Source: Candidatus Cloacimonadales bacterium
Lineage (GTDB): Bacteria > Cloacimonadota > Cloacimonadia > Cloacimonadales > JAFGVF01
Direction of reading: 5' to 3'
Length of the DNA stretch: 64,000 nt
Assembly: GCA_963678315.1 (NCBI GenBank)
Contig: OY782781.1
Coordinates: 2,592,001 to 2,656,000 of the forward strand
Shown here: piece after piece, positions 31,247-41,400 of the stretch
Layout of the letters: each line of letters begins with the position of its first letter
Position numbering within the stretch: the first letter of the stretch is position 1
The notes under the pieces: generated by a model
Databases searched by the model: none
Seen by the model: the letters and a program-made list of their open reading frames with translations, nothing else
Told to the model about the DNA's origin: nothing
Position numbers and translations under genes: made by a program

Positions 31247-32004
31247 GAAGTGAGGAATTAGGAGTTAGGAGTTAGGAGTTAGCCACGAATGGCACAAATC
31301 TCACAAATCTCACAGATTAAGAAGAGATATTACCACGAAAGACACAAAAAGACACTAAAGAAAGTCTTAATTGTTTTAGGCCACGGATTACACAGATAAG
31401 CACGGATAAAGGGAAGAAATTAAAAATGAAGAATGATGAATGAAGAATTGAGGAGATGCTATCCATAAAAACCCCGAAGGGGTGGCATATACTAAGCATG
31501 GAGGCTTGCCCTCCATGTAATAGTTAAAAAATAAAAAAAGCCCTGAAAGGGCGACATAAAGGCTAAGCTTTATCTGCAAATAGAGAATTTTACCACGAAA
31601 AGCACGAATAACACGAAAAAAATATTCACATTATTTAGGACTGGACAGATAGCCACGAATGGCACAAATCTCACAGATTAAGAAGAGATATTACCACGAA
31701 AGACACAAAAAGACACGAAAGAAAGTCTTAATTGTTTTAGGCCACGGATTACACAGATAAGCACGGATAAAGGGGAAAAATGAAGAATGATGAATGAAGA
31801 ATGATTGAAGAATTGAGGAGTTGCTATCCATAAAAACCCCGAAGGGGTGGCATATACTAAGCATGGGGTCTTGTACCCCATGTAAATAATAGATAAAAAT
31901 CTAGCCCTGAAAGGGCGACATAAAGGCTAGGTCCTATCTACAAATAGAGAATTTTACCACAAAAAGCACGAAGAACACGAAAAAAATATTCACATTATTT
32001 AGGA
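31247..32004. repeat. Repeat cluster 2: (GGAGTTA)n plus two tandem ~360-bp palindrome-rich units
   Basis: Unit 1 (31281-31640) and unit 2 (31651-32004) both start AGCCACGAATGGCACAAATCTCACA and end CACATTATTTAGGA. Confidence 0.9.
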
Positions 32005-32094
32005 ATATACATCAATCATACCTTGAAAGGATAACTTTTACGTAAGCATGAACAAAGTTCAACTTTCAGTGGTTAGGCTCCAATTTGAAAAGAT

Positions 32095-33510
32095 CTAGCT
32101 TATTGCTTTCATAAGCTTTTTTCGCCAAACTATACTTAGATAAAGTATAATCATTATACTAGATATAACAAAAGCAATAATAGTGTTATGTTGAGCAATT
32201 ATATAATAAATCGTAATAAAGATTAATGTAGGAATAATATAGAATATAATTTTTAGTGTTGACTTTATCTTCTGCATATTCAGGACTTTAAATATTATGT
32301 TTAAAAAGAAAAAATGAAGTAATACTGAGACGCTAGCATAGAGTTTTAGAGCAAAGATAAAACTTGTTTGATAACCTATATACAAGGCTAAACCCTTCAA
32401 TATTATACTAAGAAGAGAATAAACTATTTCATAGTGCGGTTTCTCGAAAACATATGGTATAGAAGAGATTGGATTCATTAACATTGTAGATGCGAACGGA
32501 AAAGCTAATATTGCAACTACAGGCAAAGCTTCAGTCCATTTATCCCCTAAAATATATGGTACAATATTAATTACAGCTATTACAAAGAGAAAGAACATGG
32601 GAAAGGCTGTAAAGGTAACCAACCTGAAAAACTTACTGACTTTCTGAACTATCTCTGATTTACTGAGAAAAGTAAAGGTTGGGAATAAGACTTGATTAAG
32701 AGAATTACAAGAAAGTACAACTATTTGTCCTACAAGTTGATTTGCTAAATAGTATATGCCAATATAGACTGGGTCATAAAGATAGCCTAGAATTATTACA
32801 GGCAAATCACTTCCAATAATATTAACAAAATTATTGATAGAAGAATTTATCAAAAACTTTATGTTACCTGAAATCATTTCAAGCAGATTAAGCCAAGTTC
32901 CAACAAAGAAAACTGCTTTTAGGGATTGCCAAACTAATTTTCTAAAATAGAAAACATAAGATACAAGTTCACTTATATTGCCTATATAAAAGACTATAAC
33001 TAAAGTTCTAATATCTAGTTTATGAAAAAAGAAGAAGACTATTAGAGAAGAATATACTACAACATTGAAGGTTTCTACAATAGCTAAGAATCTAAATTTT
33101 AACCTTTTTTGTGTATAAGCCCTGAACAGAGCTCTGAAAACTTCTATAATAACAAGTGGTGCTAATTGCCTAATTAAATCAGCTAGTACACTGCTATTAT
33201 AATAAAAACCTATGGGATTAGAAGTCAACCAGAGAATAGCAAAAGCCAAAAAACTGCTTATTACTGAAAAGCTAAATAGACTCTTAAAGTTCTTTTCAAT
33301 ATTATCCTTTTTGACAATCAGTATTTCCTTTAATCCCCAGAAGGACAGGTTAGTAAATATCACTAAAACAAGTGAAAACTCCCTAAATATTCCTAATTCA
33401 TCTTTGGTAATTGCCTTTGCTATTAAGAGAAAAACTGAAAACAGAATTGCTTTTCTCAGTATTGCAGAGAAGAAAGACCATTGAAAAGACTTTAAAGTAT
33501 TTCTAACCAT
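32095..33510 (-). CDS. Oligosaccharide flippase (Wzx/PST family)
   Basis: About 12-14 TM helices; FQWSFFS start, GIYYLANQL, QVLFPTF, LGDKWTEA. Confidence 0.85.
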   Translation of the reverse strand: MVRNTLKSFQWSFFSAILRKAILFSVFLLIAKAITKDELGIFREFSLVLVIFTNLSFWGLKEILIVKKDNIEKNFKSLFSFSVISSFLAFAILWLTSNPIGFYYNSSVLADLIRQLAPLVIIEVFRALFRAYTQKRLKFRFLAIVETFNVVVYSSLIVFFFFHKLDIRTLVIVFYIGNISELVSYVFYFRKLVWQSLKAVFFVGTWLNLLEMISGNIKFLINSSINNFVNIIGSDLPVIILGYLYDPVYIGIYYLANQLVGQIVVLSCNSLNQVLFPTFTFLSKSEIVQKVSKFFRLVTFTAFPMFFLFVIAVINIVPYILGDKWTEALPVVAILAFPFASTMLMNPISSIPYVFEKPHYEIVYSLLSIILKGLALYIGYQTSFIFALKLYASVSVLLHFFFLNIIFKVLNMQKIKSTLKIIFYIIPTLIFITIYYIIAQHNTIIAFVISSIMIILYLSIVWRKKLMKAIS

Positions 33511-33515
33511 ACTAA

Positions 33516-34580
33516 TTAATTATGAGCAAACCATTCTTCTACTGATTCTTGAATATATTCTGCATCTGCATCAGTAACATTTGGAGCAACAAAAGAAGTT
33601 TCATTTGCAGGGAGATTAAATAGTTTCCTGTAGAAACAAGCTGAAGCAAGATAAGAACCTTGTGGAGAAGGGTGTGATCCATCTCCAGCATACAAGTTAA
33701 TTTCATAATCATCAACAAAAACTGAATTAAATACTTGTCCGACAGGGACAACTATAGCATCACATTCTTGTCCTGCTTGATTATAGGCAGCCGCCAAGCC
33801 TTCAATTTGGCTTTGGTCATATTCCCTAGCCCAAGTCATAAAGAAACAAGTTTGTGCTCCTGTTAAATCTATTACACTATCAAGTTTAGTAGCATAGGTT
33901 AAGAAATGCTCAGTATCCAAGATTGGCATTTGACTCTGTTCCTGCAATACAACAATATCCCAAGCTTCACTTTGAATTGCATTGATTGTATTCTGTGAAT
34001 TGAAATGATTTTCTAGTGTCATTCCTCCACCAGTAATAGCTAAAGTTTCCAGCTCAATATCTTGTCCTGAGCTGCTTGCATATTCTCTTAACATATTATC
34101 TAAACCATTGTTATAATAGGTGTAAGAATTCCCTATAAATAGTATTCTGCTCGGCAAAGCTTCTACAATTTCCCAATCAACATTAATTGTAACAGAACCA
34201 GTAATATCATTGATAAGCAGAGTTAGATTAACTTCAGATTCTTGCCCAGGCAAAATCTCTACTTGGGCATTTCCTTCAGCTACAAGATATTCATTAGAAT
34301 AAAGTTGAACTAATAAGTCCCATATCCCTGGCTCAAGTCCATCAACTGTTACACTGGCATTTGAATCTTGAATTAGCATAGACCTTTCAACCTCAAGGTC
34401 ACCTTTACTCAATTTAACTATACCTGAAGTAACATCAACATCAAGTTCTTCCAAGGGAGCAAGTGAAAATTCTATTGGTAAAGAACCAGATTCATCACTA
34501 ATTGGGTTTGTTGAATCCTCACATCCCACCATAAAGATAAGTGCAAGAATTACTATCAAAAGATATAAGTATTTCTTCAT
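33516..34580 (-). CDS. Lipoprotein with SGNH/GDSL hydrolase domain
   Basis: MVGC lipobox; RILFIGNSYT, WDIVVLQEQS, DGSHPS (DxxH). Confidence 0.85.
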   Translation of the reverse strand: MKKYLYLLIVILALIFMVGCEDSTNPISDESGSLPIEFSLAPLEELDVDVTSGIVKLSKGDLEVERSMLIQDSNASVTVDGLEPGIWDLLVQLYSNEYLVAEGNAQVEILPGQESEVNLTLLINDITGSVTINVDWEIVEALPSRILFIGNSYTYYNNGLDNMLREYASSSGQDIELETLAITGGGMTLENHFNSQNTINAIQSEAWDIVVLQEQSQMPILDTEHFLTYATKLDSVIDLTGAQTCFFMTWAREYDQSQIEGLAAAYNQAGQECDAIVVPVGQVFNSVFVDDYEINLYAGDGSHPSPQGSYLASACFYRKLFNLPANETSFVAPNVTDADAEYIQESVEEWFAHN

Positions 34581-34590
34581 TGCTGTTTAC

Positions 34591-34950
34591 CTATTTGCTT
34601 GAATGGAGGCCAAGTCTATTTCCTTCAGTATCATGAAAGACAGCATAGAAACCATGGTCTCCTAAGTCTGTCTTTTTAATCTCTATTTTACCACCAGCAG
34701 CTTCAACTCTGCTAAGAATATTATTTAGGTCTTCCCCACCATCAAAATAAGGAAAGAAACCTATTTTAGAAGGTGTTTGTCCTGGTCCAGCTACTAAAGA
34801 ACCAGTAGCTTTTTCTGTTTGAAATATCGCCATTTTATATTCTCCAGCTTCAATCAAAGAGATATCGATTTGAAAAATTGATTCATAGAATAACTTTGCT
34901 CTATCGATATCAATAACTGGAATATCAAACCAGTGTACTTGTCCTATCAT
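34591..34950 (-). CDS. VOC/glyoxalase family protein
   Basis: HWFDIPV.DIDRAK.FY, GG.I...KT, F.DTEGNRLGL. Confidence 0.9.
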   Translation of the reverse strand: MIGQVHWFDIPVIDIDRAKLFYESIFQIDISLIEAGEYKMAIFQTEKATGSLVAGPGQTPSKIGFFPYFDGGEDLNNILSRVEAAGGKIEIKKTDLGDHGFYAVFHDTEGNRLGLHSSK

Positions 34951-34959
34951 ATCTACCAC

Positions 34960-35754
34960 CTATAAATTATAAAGGTCTGTTCTCCTATCAGCAAAGGCAT
35001 CATTGTATTCAGTAACGCTTTTGTTAAGAGCATCTGCTGGATTTATTCTTGTGAAGATAATTGTTTCTTCTACTTTGTTCAATGATTTTAAAACTTCACC
35101 CTTTGTATTAAGTATCTGACTCATACCGGTAAAATATAGCTCTTTTTCACCATTGATTTCAGTACCGATTCTGTTAGATGTAATACTAAAAACTCTATTT
35201 TCTAAAGAGCGAATTGTCATTGCCTTCTGACACCAAGGCAAGACTAAGTTAGCAGGATGAGCAATAATTTGAGCACCATTGAGAGCTAATGATCTTGCTG
35301 ATTCAGGGAACTGCCAATCAAAGCAAATCATCATTCCAACTTTAACTCCCCCCTTAGCAGGGAATACACCAAAACCACTATCTCCAGGTTCAAAGAATAA
35401 TTTTTCTTCAAAAAAAAGATGCGTTTTCCTGTAAGTAAAGATAGTTCCATCAGGATTAAACAAGGAGCAAGAATTATAAATTTTATCACCATCTCTTTCT
35501 ACAAATCCTACTACAAATGAACAATCTCTTTCTTGAGCTAAACGAGTAAAGAGCCTAGCAGTAACTCCATCTATAGCATCCTCTGCAACACTTTCAACTT
35601 CTTCCTTTGTATTAAATACATAACCTGAAGTAGCTAATTCTGGTAATACAACTAAATCAGCTTCAACATCTTCTAACATTGTTCTGAGACTATTTAAATT
35701 CTTTTCGACATTTAACAAACTAGGTTTAAACTGTAAGACTCCAACTTTATACAT
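34960..35754 (-). CDS. Carbon-nitrogen hydrolase (nitrilase superfamily)
   Basis: Catalytic triad in LPEL, YRKTHL and ICFDWQFPE. Confidence 0.93.
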   Translation of the reverse strand: MYKVGVLQFKPSLLNVEKNLNSLRTMLEDVEADLVVLPELATSGYVFNTKEEVESVAEDAIDGVTARLFTRLAQERDCSFVVGFVERDGDKIYNSCSLFNPDGTIFTYRKTHLFFEEKLFFEPGDSGFGVFPAKGGVKVGMMICFDWQFPESARSLALNGAQIIAHPANLVLPWCQKAMTIRSLENRVFSITSNRIGTEINGEKELYFTGMSQILNTKGEVLKSLNKVEETIIFTRINPADALNKSVTEYNDAFADRRTDLYNL

Positions 35755-35767
35755 CAAAACTCTCCTT

Positions 35768-36913
35768 CTAATATTTCCATGGTAATAGAAAATCTTTTAT
35801 TTCTTCATTATAATATCTATCAGTCATTGTTGCTATAAAATCTCTTACATATTGCTCATTTGAGAATTTATTTTTATAAGCATCATTTTTGTGATTTAAG
35901 AAATGAATAAAGATCTTTGAATCCTCATTTCCTGCTTTCAAATCTTCCATATATTTCTCAAAAAGAATTTCCATTGTTCTATTAATAATACTATTAGCAT
36001 GTTTTACATTTTCATCTGTATATATATATTTATAGTTAAACTGTTTAAGTTTTAAAAGATACTTTGAGGTATCTTCGTCAAAAGCTATATGCTCTTTATC
36101 AAAACTATTAACAATAACACTTTTTACCAAGGTATCAATTATTTGACTGTTTGAGGCTCCCAAATAATCAGTACAATCTTTTGGTAACTGCTCAGGCTTT
36201 AATATCTTATATCTAAAAGCATCTTCAATATCTTGACCAATGTAAGCGATTGTATCGGATATTCTAACTACACAACCTTCCATAGTAGCTGGCATCCAGA
36301 GAACATTTTGGTCTTCTGTCTTTTTAGCAATATAGTTCTGAATATGACTTTCTTGTTTTGTTCTATCAGGCCTTAGAACTGTATTATGAACCTCTCCATC
36401 ATGAGAAATAATACCATCTCTTACTTGGAAAGTTAAGTTCATCCCCCTACCTTTTTTGGCTATATGGTCTACAATTTGTAGAGATTCAATATTGTGATGG
36501 AAAGAACCAATCCCATGTGCTCGACATATCTTAGATAATGCACGTTCACCATCATGACCAAATGGACAATGACCTAAATCATGTCCCAAGGCTATAGCTT
36601 CAATCAATTCAAGATTCAACCTCAAGGCTTTACCAATAGTTCTTGATATTTGAGAAACATAAGTTGTATGAAGATTTCTATTAGTCATCTCTTCATCTAT
36701 TAAGTTGGTGAAAGAGAATACTTGCGTCTTACCATGATATCTTCGATAAGAACCACTATACAAGATTCTATCTCTATCTAAAGCAAAATTAGTTCTTATA
36801 TGTTCTTTAGGTTCTGGTAATTTACGAAATGCTTCTGTATCTCTAAAAGCGTAATCAGATAAATTTTCATAGTTATTCTCTGCAATTATCTTAAAAATCT
36901 CTTTCTTATCCAT
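35768..36913 (-). CDS. HD-domain dGTP triphosphohydrolase-like protein
   Basis: DRDRILYS, KTQVF, LGHDLGHCPFGHDGE, VRISDTIAY, DFIATMTD. Confidence 0.9.
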   Translation of the reverse strand: MDKKEIFKIIAENNYENLSDYAFRDTEAFRKLPEPKEHIRTNFALDRDRILYSGSYRRYHGKTQVFSFTNLIDEEMTNRNLHTTYVSQISRTIGKALRLNLELIEAIALGHDLGHCPFGHDGERALSKICRAHGIGSFHHNIESLQIVDHIAKKGRGMNLTFQVRDGIISHDGEVHNTVLRPDRTKQESHIQNYIAKKTEDQNVLWMPATMEGCVVRISDTIAYIGQDIEDAFRYKILKPEQLPKDCTDYLGASNSQIIDTLVKSVIVNSFDKEHIAFDEDTSKYLLKLKQFNYKYIYTDENVKHANSIINRTMEILFEKYMEDLKAGNEDSKIFIHFLNHKNDAYKNKFSNEQYVRDFIATMTDRYYNEEIKDFLLPWKY

Positions 36914-36949
36914 ATTAACCTCTTACTAGATGTTATAATTTCTTTATAC

Positions 36950-37591
36950 TTAGATTTTTCGGTAAAACATGAAGCGAGGAGGAAAACCTTCTGCTTCTTT
37001 TACGTTCTCGAAATATGTTTCTATATGATTAGCCTGTCTTTCAAAAGTAAATCCATTTTCAAACAATGATTCGAATTTATCACTTTCCCCAAAGTGCTCA
37101 ACTATCCACTCAGAATAATCTGGATGATCTGTGGCTATTTCAACATTAGCCCCATGTTTCAACATAAGATTAAGGACTTCTATAAAGTCTTTATTTATCA
37201 ATCTATTTTTATGATGTCTCTTCTTTGGCCATGGGTCAGGATGTTGAATAAAAATCTTAGCTATTGACTCTTTTGGAAAGACATTTATAATATTCTTATC
37301 TACAAACTGATGCATTAATCTAACATTTGTATGAATTTCAAAATCTAATTTTTTCATTATAGAATAAATTCTATTGGGTTTTAACTCTATTCCAATAAAA
37401 TTTATTTCAGGATGTTGTTTTGCTTTCTCTGTTAAAAAATATCCATTCCCAGAACCTATTTCTAGATAAACAGGGTTATCATTCCCGAAAACTTCACTAA
37501 AACTTATTAGCTCATTTTCTTTAGGTTCAAGTAAAAATTTTTCTGCTCTTATATCGTAATCTGCAGGTTTCTTTACTTTTCTTCTACTCAA
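36950..37591 (-). CDS. trmB: tRNA (guanine-N7)-methyltransferase
   Basis: LEIGSGNG, FIGIE, PDPWPKKRHHKNRL, ATD. Confidence 0.96.
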   Translation of the reverse strand: MSRRKVKKPADYDIRAEKFLLEPKENELISFSEVFGNDNPVYLEIGSGNGYFLTEKAKQHPEINFIGIELKPNRIYSIMKKLDFEIHTNVRLMHQFVDKNIINVFPKESIAKIFIQHPDPWPKKRHHKNRLINKDFIEVLNLMLKHGANVEIATDHPDYSEWIVEHFGESDKFESLFENGFTFERQANHIETYFENVKEAEGFPPRFMFYRKI

Positions 37592-38166
37592 CTATTTTCA
37601 CCTCTTGATATTTGATCATGTACTACTAACCCTACTCCAAAACAAAAACCTATGAAGAGATATATGTTAAATCCTTCTGTCAGAATTTGCTTTATTATAG
37701 CCATATCTAGACTCTTTCCTAAAGTCATAAATATGATAATATGCCCTATTGAATAGGCTAATATCCCTCCAATAATAAATATAAAATTCCTAAAGCGTGC
37801 TAGACTCTCTACAAAATATGCTTTTAATATCACTATATCTAGAATCATTAAAATTATTAAATCCATAATTATTCGCGACACATATTCTATGTCCATACTC
37901 TTTATATTCTGATTGACCGATAATGCCAAAATAGGAGCTAATACTAATACAAGAATATGACTAACAAGGGATAAATTCCTGTTATGAAAGATATAAAACA
38001 ATGAAGAAATCACACCGAATGTTATCAGATATCTAGCAGAGCTTACAAACTGTTCAACTTCAAAGTTCTTTATTGAAAATATAAAGTAACTTATCCCATA
38101 TAATGCCAAACTAGAAATCAATACAAGCAAAATATCTGCTAAGACTAACCTAATATTATCTTTCAT
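37588..38166 (-). CDS. Hypothetical integral membrane protein
   Basis: About 6 hydrophobic helices; AGGAG SD; stop overlaps the trmB start. Confidence 0.75.
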   Translation of the reverse strand: MKDNIRLVLADILLVLISSLALYGISYFIFSIKNFEVEQFVSSARYLITFGVISSLFYIFHNRNLSLVSHILVLVLAPILALSVNQNIKSMDIEYVSRIIMDLIILMILDIVILKAYFVESLARFRNFIFIIGGILAYSIGHIIIFMTLGKSLDMAIIKQILTEGFNIYLFIGFCFGVGLVVHDQISRGENS

Positions 38167-38370
38167 TATATCTCCTATTTTATAAATACTAAGTGTTTAA
38201 GTCATTATAGCATGTAAGAGATATTTGGCAAGATTAAAATATTTATTTCATCAGAGGAAAAGTCTTTTTTGAATAGTCTAGGCACCTTTACAGCCTATTA
38301 GCCCAAGGCTGTGCTATGAGAAGTTTTCAAAACATCTCTACCTGGGTATTCAAGCTTCTAGCTTGTATCT

Positions 38371-38466
38371 GAGACGTTCTGCCGAACCTCTCTACAATAC
38401 CATGTTACTCCATCCTTACTGGTCTCCTTGAAAATTTGGCCTTTTTTCAAGGTGGCAAGTAAGGGT
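38371..38466. repeat. Repeat cluster 3: GTAG-type REP plus a ~52-bp palindromic element
   Basis: 38371-38395 matches 18101-18125 with 1 mismatch; 38415-38466 (CTTACTGGTCTCCTTGAAAA...GGCAAGTAAGGGT) matches 18706-18757. Confidence 0.8.
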
Positions 38467-38497
38467 CAACTATGAAAGAATCATTTTAGTAATAAGG

Positions 38498-41400
38498 TTA
38501 AATTCTTATCCCTACAACCGTTATATCATCTCTTTGAGAATGTTGACTATGGCAATCAGAGATTGTCTTAGATAACCCATCTTTAGCAGTAGCAAGACTA
38601 ATATTTCTATGTTGATTGATAAAGTCTATGAGTCCTTTTTGTTTAAATCTTTTTCTAGCACCGTCTTCAATTACAGCCATATCATAGATTCCATCTGTTG
38701 AAAGATATAATTCAATTTGATTATCATAACTCAATTGGAAGGCTTCGAAAGGTATATCTTTTGTATCACCTATACTTCTTTTTGTACCTTTAATAACTTG
38801 TAATTTTTCATTATCTTTCCTGAGAAACATATTGCATCTAGCTCCAATAAACTCAATCTCTTTGATAGTCTTATCGATTAGAACAATGCCAATATCAAGT
38901 CCAGCTTTTAAACCTGTATCTTTATCTCTAACTAAATTCCGGATACGATTATCAATTTCTTCAAGGCATTCATTAATTGAACTAAATTTACTATCCTTGA
39001 GAACATTATTCATAATAGAATTAGCAGCAATTGTCAAAAGTGCTCCAGGAACGCCGTGTCCTGTACAATCAACAACTGCACAGATAGCCCTATCCTTGTC
39101 TATTTGATAGAACCAGATAAAGTCACCACTTACTCTATCTTTTGGAAGATAGATAGAGAAGTATTCTTTTACGAAATTGCACACCTCTTTATCAGAAGGC
39201 AAGATAGATCTCTGCAGGGTCGCTGCATAGGTTATTGAGCTATTAATAAGATTGTTACTTTTCATAACTTCCAGCTTTTCTTCTTCTAATTCCTGGGTTC
39301 GGATAAGGACTAGTTCTTCTAACTTCTCCTTTGATTTGTTTAAATATCTAACCCTATATTTAATTATGAAAATAATTAGCATAGTGACTAAAAGTAGAAC
39401 GATTAATGTGTAAATAATTATCTTAATTATGTTTGGTATAACAACAAAAGGAATTGATTTTTGTTCAATAATATTACCTGAGGGGGATAAAATTCTTAAC
39501 TTTAATGTATATCTACCTAGAGGGAGGATACCATAGTCCTTAAAATTGTTTTTACTAAAGGTAGACCAATCGTCATCATATCCTTCTAGCCAGAAGCTAT
39601 ATTCAACACTTCTAAGATTGTTTAGGGAGTTGTATGAAGCGAATACCTTCACCTTATTCTTATCTGAATACTCAAAAATAACACTTCGATAATCATTGAA
39701 TATACTTTTGTACAAACGCGTATTTAGATTAGAATATAATATTCTTGTTTGTACATTTGATTCAACAATAATACTATAATCTCCATCTGTTGGTTCTTTG
39801 AACTTGTAAACACCTCCATCCGTTACTAAAATGAATGTGTTATTTTTAAGTATTGTACATCTACAAATTTGATCAGGTAAATAGTCATTGGTATCATAAG
39901 TTGTAAACCTATCCAACTCTTCAATATATTTTAGCAAATTATGTTGTTGCACAATCCATAATTTATCATTTTTATCAACTAGTACATCCCAAATATAATC
40001 AATTTTATCTCTTTCAGAACTAGCTATTTCAATAGCTTTATCGTTCTTCAGTTGCCATACCTTGGATAGATTTCTGCAATAACAATAAACAGATTGACCA
40101 GCATGCAGCAGTTTAACTTCTTGTTTTTTTAGCAAAGGCAGGCCAATATTGATTACTTTTGAAAAATCATTATTCATACAGCCTTCTAAAGGCACTTTAC
40201 AAATACTTGTTCCACTACTATCAGGATATGTTACATACAAAGTATCGTTAAAACAATAAATGTTCGCATAGTTATTATCAGGTAGATAGATAAAGTCTTT
40301 GTAGCTTAGCGAAAAGTACTTAATATTTCCATTAGTAAGTTCAAAAGGTATTAAATCACCTTTAGGAACCCTCACAGAACTTATCGTATCGGATTTATTT
40401 ATGAGTTCTTTGACATATAATGTTCCGTTTTCAAGAAGATATACTGTTGTTGCAGAATGATAAAGAAATGTCGACTCATCTAATTTTATCTTACCAGTAA
40501 TTGTTTCAGGTATTTTTAAAGCCACCTGCATAGAATCAACTTGCTTTTCTATTTGTTTAAAATTATCTTTATGAAGACAATTGAACTCATTGATATAATG
40601 TAAATATTTATATTTCATTTCTTTGTTATTAAAATTGATTGGATATAATTTATAGTCTAAAGTATCGATACTGAGTAAACTTAATGAATCTTCAGAAACA
40701 AAATCTGCATGAACTCCATCTACAACCCTATAAAATCCTCGAATTTCATATTCAAACCTTGATTCTCTAGATGATATCATAGCTTTTAAATCTAGTACCC
40801 TAGTCCCTTCTGAGCTAAAAATGAAACATAAATCTTTATTAACATAAACTTCATGAGGGCTATCATTAAATGGATAGTCAATAATTATAAATGAAGAATC
40901 TGACTTAACAATTATTTGACTATTTTTCCTGCTTGTTAATGTTAATGAGTACTCATCTTTTTTATAATAAGACAGTTGTGTAAACCTGTAAGAACTTGCT
41001 AGCTTTTTTTTACTATTAATATCAATTGTTTTATACATAATCTCATTATCATAGTTAGGACCAGGGAAAGTATAAAATGTCTCAATTAAACCATTTTTTA
41101 GTATTTTTAGACTACGAGATATTTTTGAAATAAATATTAACTCATTATCATATTCATATAGTTTATTATTACTAGCAAAATTACGTATACCCCAAAGATA
41201 GTCTTTCCCTTCAAATTGGTTTCTAATTTTATTTATAGCAGCATCCCAATTATTGCTTATGGTAAAATACACATCCTTAGCTGTAACATCTACATCAATA
41301 ATAGTTCTATCTCCTAGTTTTTTAGCCAGATTCCTGTCTATTTTAAAGTTATCTATGTTGTACAAGCTTGTTGCAGGTTTTTTACTCTCACCAAAAATAT

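Noticed and set aside
31317..31881. Short ORFs 31317-31499, 31388-31579 and 31678-31881
   Set aside because: They lie wholly inside the palindromic repeat units and translate to low-complexity repeat sequence.
31247..32004. CRISPR array
   Set aside because: No constant 25-45-bp repeat with unique spacers and no cas genes; these are two long duplicated units.
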